A DNA stretch of 64,000 nt from Magallana gigas. Lineage: Eukaryota. The stretch covers positions 31,682,001 to 31,746,000 of the forward strand of contig NC_088854.1 of the NCBI RefSeq assembly GCF_963853765.1, given 5' to 3'. Below are positions 36,001 to 47,153 of the stretch, in pieces. The notes beneath the pieces were generated by a model. The model had not been told where the DNA came from, did not search any database, and worked only from the letters and a program-made list of their open reading frames with translations. The stretch's first letter is position 1, and each line of letters begins with the position of its first letter. A program made the translations under genes and the position numbers.

Positions 36001-39000
36001 AAATGGACTCATTGTGATCGGTCTACACCACGGCACCTCCCACAGCTAGCCTGTTGAGTTGCCTAATGGCCTGATCCAGAACACCAGCAATGTACCAATT
36101 GATTTTTAATTGAAACAAAATTGATGAAGATACTCCATGAACTAATGGCACCTTACTCTCATTACCATATGGATCATTTCCTAGCACTGTCTCATCTGTC
36201 TCTACAATTTTTGCAACAGTGCAAGAGCCTTCGGATGGACAACTTTCTCTGTTCTAGATATAGTTCTGACAGATTCTTCTTCCTCAGAAAAATATGCAGA
36301 ATGTGTAAAAGAAATATAATATATGATCTTTGCAGCTGTTAATATGGCGAGTAAAATCACCCCCCTTTAACATGTAGAACCCCTTTGTTCTTGCAAGGAG
36401 TAAATTAGCTGCTGTTTGATCAGCCATTCTTGTACTTGTAGAGCTACAGAAGATGGTACTCCAAATCTTAGATCTCCCCGCAGAAAGAGAAGTGAAGCAC
36501 AAGCAATTTGTGCACAAGATGACTTTGATTTTCAGCAAAACCCAATTATGATATTTTTCTTGTTGGAGAGTGAAGAGTCATTAAAGCAGATACTGTTTCA
36601 GTTTCCTTCCAGCACTGCACCCATCATTTTATATCGTACAGTGTTGTTGGCAGAACTGCACATGCTCTCACTGGAAAAACGCCGTCTGCTGACAAGGACA
36701 GCTGCAATGGAGGCCAAGAAGATGGAAGACAAGAAGCATTCTACAAAACCATTTATTTTGTCATTTCTCTGGCACTTTTCTGGAGGCTGCAAATTCTTTT
36801 CTTCACCTTTTTGAATGCAGATATTCTCTCTGGCAGAAAAGAAAGCTATCAAGTTCTGAAGAGGCCATTCTTGTTGCGCAGCATAAGCATGAAGCCTTTG
36901 AGTTCTAGGAAAAATTGTTATGCAATAAACATTTGATGAGTTCTTTCTCCACGTCATGGTAGACCATATAAAAACTTCCCAAAGTGATTGAGAAATAATT
37001 CATTTATCTCATTTATATAAATCGGTTACTTACTGCATTAGGAACAGAGGCACACATTGCGCTACTAGTAGACTCTAACGATGATATATCTCCCTTTTTA
37101 TTAAATTAAAAGTCAATTACACAATATCATATTACGATCAAGAAACCAAGCATGCAACATATCCCATCACGATGACCTTTGATGTAAGGCAGTGGTTTAC
37201 TCAGAGGTGAAAAACATGAAAGCCATAGAAAATATGAAAAATACCTACCACATGCCCAATCCCTTCATTAAGGCAGCACTAACCAACATTTGCATGCTCA
37301 AACATCATTAAGTCCATGACAATTTCCTAATGATGGCTCATAACAAAATCTTTGTGCCATCATTGCTTGAGTAACTTTAATTTCTCTCTCCAACAAAATA
37401 TGCTTCCTGTTTTCTTAGCAGAACTAATCCCTCCCTTTAAAAGTCTGTGAGGTGCAAAATCATATATCATCTACCATGATTACAATATAACCTTAATTAC
37501 AGCGCATTCTGAAGTTGGTAGAGTAACATTCCAGCAATATCTTTTTTTTTCTTACCCCATTTTTATAAGAATATTTCAATATCATATCATATCAGAACAT
37601 TTCCCCAACATATATGGACATAACTTTCCATATCTCCTTTCTGTATTGGAGTTTTTGACAGATTTACACCAGCAATGACTTTTGTTGCAGTAGATTTATG
37701 AACAACATGATCCCTTCATAAAGCAACATAGGGGGACAAAACCGTTACCCATCTCTGTTTCACATTTCTCTCTGAAACCAATTTTGATTTCATGCTCAGA
37801 AAATAAACTCATGAATTTTGCATTACTTTAAGGCGGACGGCAAAGCAAGCCACTGGGGAGAATTCTTTGGTTCATGGCTGCATACTCTGGGTGTCGTATG
37901 TCGTGGTTGGGAAACCGACCTACGCTTTGATCAGACACTTTATGGACACCTAATAACATGAAATTTAAGCACTGTAGCTGAAGTATTAAAACTCATTCAC
38001 GGAGATTATGTCTTATTAAAGCAGAGCTTAAATCACCTTATACAAACATCCCCTCTTTTGCTCTCAATCTGCAAGAACATGGAGGCAGCCATAGTATTAA
38101 AATAAGAAAGCAAGGGGTGGGGGGGGGGGTTTAACACAGTGTTCTAAAAATTACATCTGGGTGGCCTTACAAAAAAATAGACTAGACACTGTTAAGCCTG
38201 CAATACCTGAAAGACAATTACAGGTGTGCTTTGTGATTATCTCACTTAGTTTAACCGCCATTATATAAACCATCTGAGCATGTAGTAGTTACATTATAAT
38301 CCCCGCTCAGTTACGGTTTTGTTTGCCTACACGATCATCTTAGAGGTGGTACTATGACGATCTTACTCCATGTTTGGTCTAAACTGTTTGTGTTTCTACC
38401 TTGAAATAAAGATATAGTACTGTATATCAAATTAAAAAAACCCAGAAAACACAATCCACTTTGTTCTCTGTGACATATACCTGCATGTTTGCACATCCAT
38501 TAAGAAAACTGCACAGACTTTCGCCTGTGTGAAGGGAGACGAGATTTAAGAGGCTGACCCGTTATTATGTATTATGTGGCATGCAAGATGAAAGACTCTT
38601 CAATAACAAATGCCCTCTTCATACTTCAAAAGCCCTGTGTGGCCAAAGCTGATAGAAATATGTCGCCTCTTCCATCATGAATCATGCTGATTGCATGATA
38701 CACAAACCTCCATATCGGGGCAAAAGAAATAGAAAACTCCTGTATTCATTCTTTTCTTTTTTCTTTCATTTCAAGTGATGACATTATTTTTCCATGACAA
38801 TGGAAAATATTTCTTGCTGAGAAATCAAAAGTATCTATATATCAAAAACATGAATGCTCTAATGTATCAGCTAGGTAAAATTCTTTTTATCTTGAATGTC
38901 TTGCGTTTAAAGAAATTCATTCATCTATGAGCAGAATTATTTTCATTGCGATCTGTATCATATATCATCTTTTTTAATTTAAAAGGACAAGGTCTTAACT

Positions 39001-42000
39001 CTTGTTTCGCTATCCAGTCTAAAAAAAATGGCTATTTTCCTTTCTTTCTTTATTTTTACAACTGGATATTAGATTTATTATCACTTTCCATTTCCAGATA
39101 ACAGTTGGAAACCATACAGGGGCTAGAATTCAAAATTGAAAGTTGTTCCGAGCTGAATGGCCCATATTACATCATGATTACCATGCCCCTGTAATATAAT
39201 ACCTCCGCCTGTTTCATCTGGTCAGCGGGGCAAGTCTGCTTGACTACCCATAACAATAAAGATAGCCATCATTTATCACCTCTGTGGTCATCTAATGCAA
39301 GGTAATGATGGGTAAACGTCAGGTGTACAATCTAAAATTTGGTGGTTGGAGAGCGCTGGAAGACAATTTCACAGTGGAAATGTCTTAAAGCTTCCAATCT
39401 AAACTAATCCTTTAATGTCTCTATTATCAGAGTCAGACAGTTTAAAGAAAGCCCTACTTCAACCAACTGATATGTTTCAATCTTATCCTCTGTCTCCTTC
39501 TTTCAATATTTTATACTTTTTGGGCCTTTCCTTTTCTCTTATATATGCAGTTGTAATAAACAACCCCCTCCCCCCACACAAACTTAGCAATAAGTGTTGT
39601 GAGATAATATTCACATGAAAACATGAAACAAAAATCTCAAAACTATAACTAACAAACAACATATGAAATTCAATTTTTACTCAATTAATCATGCATTAGT
39701 AAACACACCTGCAATCTTTTACAATGGTATTCAAATCACTACCTCAAAAATAAAATTAATAGGAAAACAAAAGTTCCTATTTCAAATTTACCATAACCAA
39801 GCTGAACAGGAAAGGGTGGGACTGAAAGTCATTAAAACACAACAAGCATTTGTTTTAAATGCCGTAAAGTTCCTGTACATTTCATTTTAATTGATTTGTC
39901 TGCTGCAAGGCAAAAGATTTTTGATTCAAAAGCTAGATCCTATATTGTATTGCCTCAATTCGATAATTTCCGTTTTCACCTGTACAAGATGTTAAGCATC
40001 TCTCGCACTCCCATTTGATCCTCATTTATCTGCCTGCAAGCTCTAACAGCTAGAATTTTTTTTCTACCTGTGAAATGTTGATGCATCCCAATTACAGCTT
40101 TTTATGTCTCGACTGGTGCCAGCGACATCACTTTTGCTGCTAGGCAAACAAGGGAATTAATGGAGTGTACTAATTATGATGCATTTTTTCTCTCTCTCCA
40201 GTGGAGGATTCTTTAGAGAGTATATTGAGCATATCTTTCTGTTCAATTTCCTCTTTTGTCCAGTAAAAAACTAGGGTAAAATAGCATCAAGCATTAGCAG
40301 AAATAATTATTCAATTGAATTTCTCTCGGCACTACAATCAAAGAATTCCAGAACTGAATGCAGCATTTGAGGTTGACAGATTTTTTTGATGACTGCACTT
40401 TTACAACAGACCAAAAAGCTACATCTAAGGCCCCAAAAATGCCTTCTTAAAGACCATAACAAGTTTATTTTCATATTTTCTCACCACAAAACTGCACATT
40501 AAATACGTACAATCCTATCAGTCTGGATCTAACATTTCCAATGAACAAAATGGGAAAAAAATCATTCTCAACTGAACAATGCTCAAAAACATAAACATGT
40601 TGCGATAATGGAGGCTTGCTGGAAACATGTAGGTCTTTAGGTATATTGAGAAGGAATTTCGGCACCAAAGATCAATCAAGTTGTTTGCTCTCATAATCTG
40701 TTGAGCACTGGGAGTAGAGAAAGTCGGAAATGTTCTGGTGACAAATGACTTCCCCCTGGTGAGATTTGGGGGGTTAGACCTTTGTGTCTGCTGTCTGTGA
40801 GGGGAAACCCTCACCGCACCAGAGATTTGAGATAAATAAGGGTTTATAAAGAACTTTTTCTGCTCGGTACAAAATTGAGATCATATTTACTCTTAGAGTG
40901 TACATGTATTACGGAAAATATCTTAAAATTTCTTTCGTAGTGTGACATAAATTTAAACAAATACCAGTGTTTTAAAATTATACATATTTTGACATCAGTG
41001 GCTTCTACAATGTACCGGTACAAGAGAAACTTCTGACTACAAATAAATTACCTTCTGTTTTTTTACTGCATGGAAATTACCTGATTCCAGAGGTCCGAAA
41101 CCCATAAACCTTATTGATTGCAGTTAAACAATTACTAAATCAAGAGCAGACAAAAGTCACATAAAATCTGATTCTGTAACATCAAAGGAAGGCTTGGAGG
41201 GGCCTACTACAACCTTTATTTAACAATTCCTCATCAAGTAACACTAATATTTACAATAATCAGTATACTGTAGGCCTGATTTGTCTAAAAGAAAACCATC
41301 TGTTGCTCAATGGGAGTTTGCCCACCACTGTCTTTGCTGACAAGGTTCACAAAAGGGGGAAGCAAAAATGGCTTTGGACATTGTAACAGTTTGTAGGATA
41401 TTTCAGTTTTAATTGTTCAAGCTGTGTCATGCCATTTATTTAAGTCTGTATTTGTGCAGTAGGAGCCAAATCTCTCTTCTTTAAGCTTCCTGTTGTTGTT
41501 TTCTGTCTTCAGTTCTAACACGAATTGGTAACCCCATTTGGTGCCATGGTCATTCCAGACACATTAGTGGGTGTCAGTAATTAGCCATTATCACAGACTA
41601 TCACACATTTAACCCAGAAATTCTTTCCCCCCTCTTGATCACCCTCCAGTTATAGGATATGCTCCTGCTGCTTTATAATTTGGAGCTATTAATTAAACAA
41701 AAAAATCCCCAAAGATCTTGTTTTTTTTTATAATGCTGCAGCCCCTAATAATTTAAGCTACTTGATGGCTTTAGAAACTTGATGCTATAGTACTCTCAAC
41801 TGACAAGGGGACATTTCCACTATATCAATGAGATGGAGAAGCTCGAGACACAGCCAGTGTAGTATTTCTGACTGTTCTTCGGGGACTGCAATCCAAGACC
41901 TCTCATTCACAAGGATACTCTTGAAATCTGACATTTTTTCGCTCTATCTTTGATCAGATCTTGAAAGTCTTCTGCACTCTGACTGCACTAAACCATATAA

Positions 42001-45000
42001 TTTCACAAAATCAGAAATCTCTTCTTCTTCATGATTCAACACAAGAAAAATTATTTTAGTTATTTGAGAGCCTCACAGCAAAAAAAAAAAATTGTTTTGA
42101 TCGAGTCTTTAATTGGGAACTTCAGTTTTCCTGACAAGGAGAAGTGCAATGCATGATTCATAACTAAAATCAGAATTTGAACCAATCTATAGACTTCATG
42201 GGATGGTTTAAAGATTGACTGTATAGAATAGAGGAAATCCTCAAAGTAGGAGATACAAAAAATTACATAGATCGACCTATCGCATTGACAAGACTTGTGT
42301 ATTAGCCTTCATATTACACCTGCACCTTGTCATTTAAAAAAAAAATACTGTCCCGAGATGAATGCTATCTTTTACTTCCATCAAAAAATCAAGATCACAA
42401 ACAACTACATAGGCCGCGCTAAACCCTGACACGGAATTCAACAGCAGAAGTGATCATGCCAACAAATCGTCACAGTTCAAATACACGTTGGAGTGAACCA
42501 ACTTGGAGAGATGGATATCAATTGCTCGCAAAGTCTTTATAAAAGAAGACACAAACGCTATATACCTGTGTACCATCCAAAACCAATTTTTAATTCAAAA
42601 ACGTTGTGTACATTTTGATAAGCACACTCGAAATATTCTCGAGATCACAAAATCTTGTTCAATTTTTTCCAATCCGCAGACTTCCAGTTGAAAGGTGTTT
42701 GTATTTATCCACTAATCTCAACTTGGGGACTTTTTGTTGGTCTGAAGTGACTATAAACCTCCATTTTTGTTTGTTAATTGAAGAGTCACCTTCTTCGAAT
42801 TCGTGTGAAAAACTTGTTCAAACATCTAGTAAATGTGACCCTTTGTCACAATTATTGGACCAATTCCTCTCAAAAAACTTTTTATGTGGGGATTACTGGC
42901 ATTTCAAACAAATATTTTCATATCTGGATATCCCAGAAACAAAACAATTTAACCGATGGTCCCCACATCTAATTGCAGGTAATCAAGGCCATTGGAGGGT
43001 CAATACGACACCCCTAGCTGAATTAAAATGTGAAACACCATAATCCATAAATCTTTTGTTGAACCCTCGACAAGGTGCTTCATATAACAACTTGTCGGCA
43101 GAGAATTCCACTCCACATTCTAGAATATAAAAGAATGATATCTGTCTCATAATCTGAACCTTTCATCAAGATAATCTGATGGTTGTAATGCACAATCCAG
43201 TTTATCGGAGCATAATCTCATTCTGGACTGTGCCTTGCCTCACTTTGACAAACAAGCAAAAGGTCTCAATTTCTATTACCTTAACGGCCCAGCAATTATT
43301 TCATGGTTTTCTTTTCATTTCATGAAATCAAATGGCTGGTGTGATATAAAAATTTGTTTAACTTGTTTTTATAAATTTGATACCTTACACAGCATATACT
43401 AGTACCCGTAAGTTAATTGCCGTTTTATTTATTTCAAAGAACTTCATAGAACCAGTATCTCGTTTTTTCACATAAATACTAGGCACATCATGAGAGAAGG
43501 TCTTTGAGAAACCAAAGAAAGCAAACAGATTGTTTACAAAATTTCAAAGTGACAGAGGGTATTTCAGTCTTGATTTAAGACCCTTACGTGTGAAATTATT
43601 TTATTTTTGATGTACAAAAAGCAAATCCCCGGCTATCACTTTACCTACATATATTGGCCCTGATGACAGCCAGATTAAGTTTATGAGGAAGTCTAACAAT
43701 TACGCGAGATTAATCTACCCAAATATTTTCCTGTAACCGATAGTCACTCTATACGGTCTCAAACAAAACAAAAAAAGTTCCAGGCAAGAAAAATTCATGG
43801 CGAATAAACGCTCTAAACCAAAACAAAATGGCTCGGCCAAATCTCTTTGAATAAACAGGACACAGATCTTCACATTTCTTGTAACCCTGCCCTTCCTATC
43901 TGTCAAATACACCCTATCCCACGAAGAAAAGCTTTCTGGATTTAATTGAAATTATCTATTGTGCAAACACAAAATATATTATCAATCACTTTAAAAAAAA
44001 AAAGATTTTTGAAAGAGAGCTAGTTTAGCTGGATGGGCCCTATTAAGGTACTGCGTGTCATTGTGTATCTCTCAAGACCTGTGGGTACTAAATTATTGGA
44101 TGTGAATAGTCGCAAATGCCAGATTGGGGAAAATTATGGTTTTTAATTGACATATCCCATTGCCGTAAAATGGGGACCACACCAGAAACATTTGGTTACG
44201 TATAATTTTCCAATTAAAAAAGGCATTCTCAGATATAAAAATTTATCGCAGCTATAGGAACTGGTTTTTTCTTTTGTAAAGAACATGGAAATTTTCTGCT
44301 TTTTTGATGGATTAGTCTTCTTGCACCTGTTCATAACAGCGTGAACATAAAAACAAGTCACCCATGTTTTTAAACAATGAAATACGATCTTTCCTTTATA
44401 AAATGAATCACTCGTTCCTATAAATTGTTCCCCTGAAAAGGAATCCAAAATTTTGACTATTGTGTAATGAAAAATTAATTTGGGGCCATCTGGAACTCTA
44501 GCCTCCAACGTTGCCCTCTTACGGTGGGTCTCCTGATCTGGGCCTTTTGTAAATGTGACAGAAAATTTTATGGCTGTTCATTCGATGTATACTTATCGGC
44601 AATTAACTTCGAAACCTAGCTTCTGATTAGGGACGTCTAATTGCCAGTTATGATAACCCCTACATAGGAATCAATTTTCAACTTGAAAGGAATTCTCGGG
44701 GCTGTGAAAAAGCTTGCAACGTTATGTGTCACTGCAAACATTATACAAAAGCTAGGGTTAGGTCATGTTCTTAGTTTGCAGATATACAATTCTGAAAATG
44801 CATTCTAAATGGCTTTTGATGGCCAAGGAAGTGATCTACCATTGTTTTATGGGGGTTACCTCAATTACGAGGGCACATGTGCACGACACATTTATTACGC
44901 AAACTTTTGAAGAAAAAATACTTCACTCTTTCAAACTTAACATTTTTTATGAAAAAAGTTTCCAGATATATATGATATCCAAATTGAATTAGAACAAAGC

Positions 45001-47153
45001 AAAGTGGGTCAAAATGAAATGCTTAGATAAATACTGCCTACTTTTTTCCAGATTGAAAAAATTCCTCTTCTTTTTCCCCCTCTAACAGATACCAAACTTA
45101 TCTGATGCAGCATCAGCATAAAAAACAACCAAATTGAGATTCTGCATGTTAGATTTAAAGAATCTTAGTTAAAGAAATACATCTTCCTGAAAAAAAACCA
45201 CCCAAAGGAAACCAGAGACTTTCCTTGACAACTAATGATAAAGTAAAGAATTTGAATTTTTTTTCTTTGATAGTTAGTTCCTGTACTTTCTGATCCCTAT
45301 GCACTGGAAGTAAATCTTTCAGTAACATATATCTTTCTCAGAGAAAATAAAGTTATACCATGACAGCAAATCTTGGTAATGTCCCATGAGAAATTAGTAG
45401 AAAGTATATATATATGGAATAGAAAGTTAGAAAATACTCTCATCGATATATCTAACCATGTCAGCAGAATAAAAATCTGCAATGATAAAAGCAAACCTGT
45501 CCAGAGAACTCAATTCTCTATCTTATTTTTGAAAGTCTTTACAAATCAGATCTTTGAAAAATAAGTGGATGTTAATTGCCCTACCAAAACCATCACAGGC
45601 AGACATTTAGCGGCCATTTAAACAGCATTTAAAAGTTTAGCATGTTCGTAATTTCCCTTCATTAGTACTGTACTTTTCCCATGGTTTGATACAGCTTTCA
45701 ACAGATTCCCATGCAAATATAACAGATATCTTCTTCTTCTTGCATGCGATTTCTTATCGCCTAATCTTGGACCCTTTAATTTCCACAGATCAACATGGTC
45801 ATGTTTTAATGTGATAATACACCTGAATTGCTATCGCAAATTGAGAGTTTGAAAGTCCGATTAAACCATCTAAATTTATACTCAAGTGCAGTGTTCATTC
45901 TTTTTTTTCTTCACAAATTGTTCAATTAATTGCTTAGTATTAAAAATAATTCTAAGCCATTTTAAAGTCAATCCCATTTTGTCTTGATTTGCCGATAATA
46001 ACAGGCGATTATCATCATTTATCTATGAATTCAGTTTTTCAAATTAAAAATAATTTTCTCATTCTAACAGAAACCACAAATATTGAAATGAGGACTTCTC
46101 CCCTGTGCGTTGAGGAAAACTAGATCCAGTATGAATGAACATTTAATTCTAGCGTTATCTGAGATTCAACCCCGACTTCCGCGAAGGATACTTCAAATCG
46201 CTTTTGAACTTCGGAATAACACTGCTTTTTCATTCTAACTATCTAGCAATAATTAAGTGACACAGATCTTTCACTGAAATCTCTTCTACACAGAATTGAC
46301 TAACTTCGTACACTCATGAAGTAAAGAAAAAAAACACCCATCTACATTCCTTATCTTTTTGTTAAATCTTAGCACCATTTTGTTTCATTCGAATATTGGA
46401 AGTTTTAACCCCCCTTCCCCTCCTAAAAATAAAAATATATCAAAAATGAAAACAAACCACCAGTATCTTGTCAGTTTAACCCTCACACTATTCAAAATAT
46501 CTCAAACAATGGATCGCTGGCTAAAGTTTCTAGTAATAACATTGTATCGGTTTCAATTGATAATGACGAGTCTTTGTTAACATTGTATAAAAAGGAAATT
46601 AGAGAGGTCTGAAATCTTCTTGCTCATCAATATAACCTGTCAACTCAACTGAAGCCTACCCTCAGCCATCCCAAAGTCCCCTGCGCCATGAACACATCAT
46701 ATTATATTTTAAACCAAAAGCAAAAAAGAAAAAAAAATTATTCATGATCAATGCACACTTAATATCCCTTCAACATGGAAATGCGGGATTAGGACAAATT
46801 TCATCACCGTTACAAAGGAAATTGACATTCAAAGTCGATTTTGAAGAGCTCTTTGAAATCTTCTATGAACAGAAGAACAAAGCCACATGGTATTTAAGTC
46901 CAGTCAAATTTCAAAGTCTTCAGAGCCACATTGCACTTGATATTTTTCGTTCCCCCATTGCCGTCCGAGTTGAAAAAGTCTACTACCATTGCATAATGAA
47001 TTCAATTTGATCAAAGAAGTACTCAGTAACTGCAATCGAAAAAAAGGGGAATGGTTATATTTAGTGGGTTGGGGTAGAGAGAGAATAAATCTTACCTTCA
47101 CAAATGAACTGAACAGCAAGGAATAAGAACAGGAGAATGGTAAATTCCGCCAT
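8996..47153 (-). CDS. robo: Roundabout (Robo1/2-like) receptor, full spliced CDS span, 24 coding exons, 4722 nt / 1573 aa
   Basis: Manual exon assembly gives an uninterrupted frame with GT-AG introns and matching phases. The product is signal peptide + 5 Ig + 3 FN3 + TM + CC1 (PYATTTLI) + CC2 (WAEFLPPPPEHPPPP), the diagnostic Robo architecture. Confidence 0.95.
9214..9381 (-). CDS. robo: Robo penultimate coding exon
   Basis: DSHVPSYNKPNFP...KFQPPPSVLK...EPTSKEGL; gtaagt donor; phase 1-1. Confidence 0.85.
9522..9596 (-). CDS. robo: Robo exon, 75 nt
   Basis: KWPNRKDSPTGSSIQQNQSKYSQH; ttcttttcag acceptor, gtgagt donor; phase 1-1. Confidence 0.82.
9730..9858 (-). CDS. robo: Robo exon, RPTSPxSTDSN block
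   Basis: RRHHRARPTSPYSTDSNFSEVVRKP; phase 1-1. Confidence 0.92.
10224..10418 (-). CDS. robo: Robo exon, conserved FxxEADFA block
   Basis: SDEAFLNEADFASTVAKAAEMSGLTVVG resembles the vertebrate ROBO1 block [22 protein letters not shown] (recalled sequence); phase 1-1. Confidence 0.92.
11509..11687 (-). CDS. robo: Robo exon, acidic cytoplasmic segment
   Basis: MDVHPMNIG...ESTELETEDENSPKKEGENEEHDDGGNMS; phase 2-1. Confidence 0.88.
11866..12700 (-). CDS. robo: Robo exon, CC2 plus Cys/Pro-rich insert (835 nt)
   Basis: NWAEFLPPPPEHPPPPSE; gtaagt donor; phase 1-2. Confidence 0.94.
13508..13831 (-). CDS. robo: Robo exon, CC0 region / MKTF / CC1
   Basis: SVYNVPQMKTFYQKKDPVAPYATTTLI; phase 1-1. Confidence 0.95.
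13969..14067 (-). CDS. robo: Robo exon, juxtamembrane cytoplasmic
   Basis: VPNYSKSDDSNRNSFNYYAKYGYSQKDVQNRAG; ttttatttctag acceptor, gtaaac donor; symmetric 99 nt. Confidence 0.8.
14450..14608 (-). CDS. robo: Robo exon, transmembrane segment
   Basis: KQPWFIGLLISIIGVTLWFALCIFVVWLCKKRK; the QPWFI juxtamembrane motif and basic stop-transfer are Robo-typical; phase 1-1. Confidence 0.96.
17348..17513 (-). CDS. robo: Robo exon, FN3-3 C-part
   Basis: IFCLSNDNKHNCS...LENLKEDQTYTVKIAARTNSGLGFWS; phase 0-1. Confidence 0.95.
17609..17640. repeat. 16-bp perfect tandem duplication TTTCCTATGAATGTCA x2
   Basis: Direct reading. Confidence 0.92.
17838..18057 (-). CDS. robo: Robo exon, FN3-2 end / FN3-3 start
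   Basis: YSICIKAY...SAPSHVVIHKTTDTSISVQWLPP...IKSYE; phase 2-0. Confidence 0.94.
19051..19202 (-). CDS. robo: Robo exon, FN3-2 middle
   Basis: VHKMMEIIDKFVIEYRE...SFTIQNLKSDQ(W); phase 0-2. Confidence 0.92.
19398..19522 (-). CDS. robo: Robo exon, FN3-2 N-part
   Basis: NTDSSHQTKLTREQIQQSLQGIVVELTAVEPQPAAVEVRWK; gtaaga donor; phase 1-0. Confidence 0.92.
19637..19808 (-). CDS. robo: Robo exon, FN3-1 C-part
   Basis: GWIVASDSV...YTVTNLKPDTTYVFQVRARNSHGIGVPSELSDPINTR; phase 0-1. Confidence 0.96.
19959..20146 (-). CDS. robo: Robo exon, FN3-1 N-part
   Basis: FPGPPSKPTVVEVLTHSIKLSWQP...YIVEYFSHATSE; phase 1-0. Confidence 0.95.
20243..20335 (-). CDS. robo: Robo exon, Ig5 C-part
   Basis: DLHESDSGNYTCKASSETGETSQSATLLVFI; phase 1-1. 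Confidence 0.95.
   Translation of the reverse strand: MFMNQTPGTTLVRHQVKLEKHHSQQHYWFS
20552..20746 (-). CDS. robo: Robo exon, Ig5 N-part
   Basis: RPPPIIRIGPQSQ...LHCEAYGDPKPQIWWLKD...SGTLQIS; phase 1-1. Confidence 0.96.
20890..21049 (-). CDS. robo: Robo exon, Ig4 C-half (absent from the ORF track)
   Basis: TLLFQNTASGRFSVGSDGTLRIERVQLGDAGQYECEAINGLGSAKALSRLDVK; phase 0-1. Confidence 0.95.
23280..23419 (-). CDS. robo: Robo exon, Ig4 N-half
   Basis: KPAFNVKPHDQVVGVRRTVTMHCSVIGIPQPTIIWSK...GEK; phase 1-0. Confidence 0.95.
24508..24774 (-). CDS. robo: Robo exon, Ig3
   Basis: KPSFRKAP...FPCEVVGD...DAGLYICMARNSVG; gtaagt donor; phase 1-1. Confidence 0.97.
24964..25242 (-). CDS. robo: Robo exon, Ig2
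   Basis: LRDDF...CRPPRGEPTPKVLWMK...DADKYKCVATNTAGERES, a Robo-typical Ig2; phase 1-1. Confidence 0.97.
25226..25372. repeat. Degenerate ~79-bp tandem duplication spanning the Ig2 acceptor
   Basis: GAAATCGTCTCTCAAAACTGGAAGA.. versus GAAATCGCCTCTCAGAAGTGGAAGA.. Confidence 0.8.
27061..27384 (-). CDS. robo: Robo exon, Ig1
   Basis: ASPTDQDAYPQILEHP...PATLSCQADGKPKPTITWY...DAGVYYCNATN; ttttag acceptor, gtaatt donor; phase 1-1. Confidence 0.97.
31145..31176. repeat. 16-bp tandem duplication CGGTCAGGTTTTTTTC x2
   Basis: Direct reading. Confidence 0.9.
47096..47153 (-). CDS. robo: Robo coding exon 1, signal peptide MAEFTILLFLFLAVQFICE(G)
   Basis: Hydrophobic 19-aa leader ending at a phase-1 donor GAAG|gtaaga, which joins the Ig1 exon as G-ASPT. 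The exon also has an acceptor (ttttattatcag) at 47207, so it begins at 47206. Confidence 0.8.

Noticed and set aside
37900-46190. B-box-like words at ~37905 and ~46165 as tRNA or SINE heads
   Set aside because: No A-box at proper spacing and no cloverleaf could be folded.
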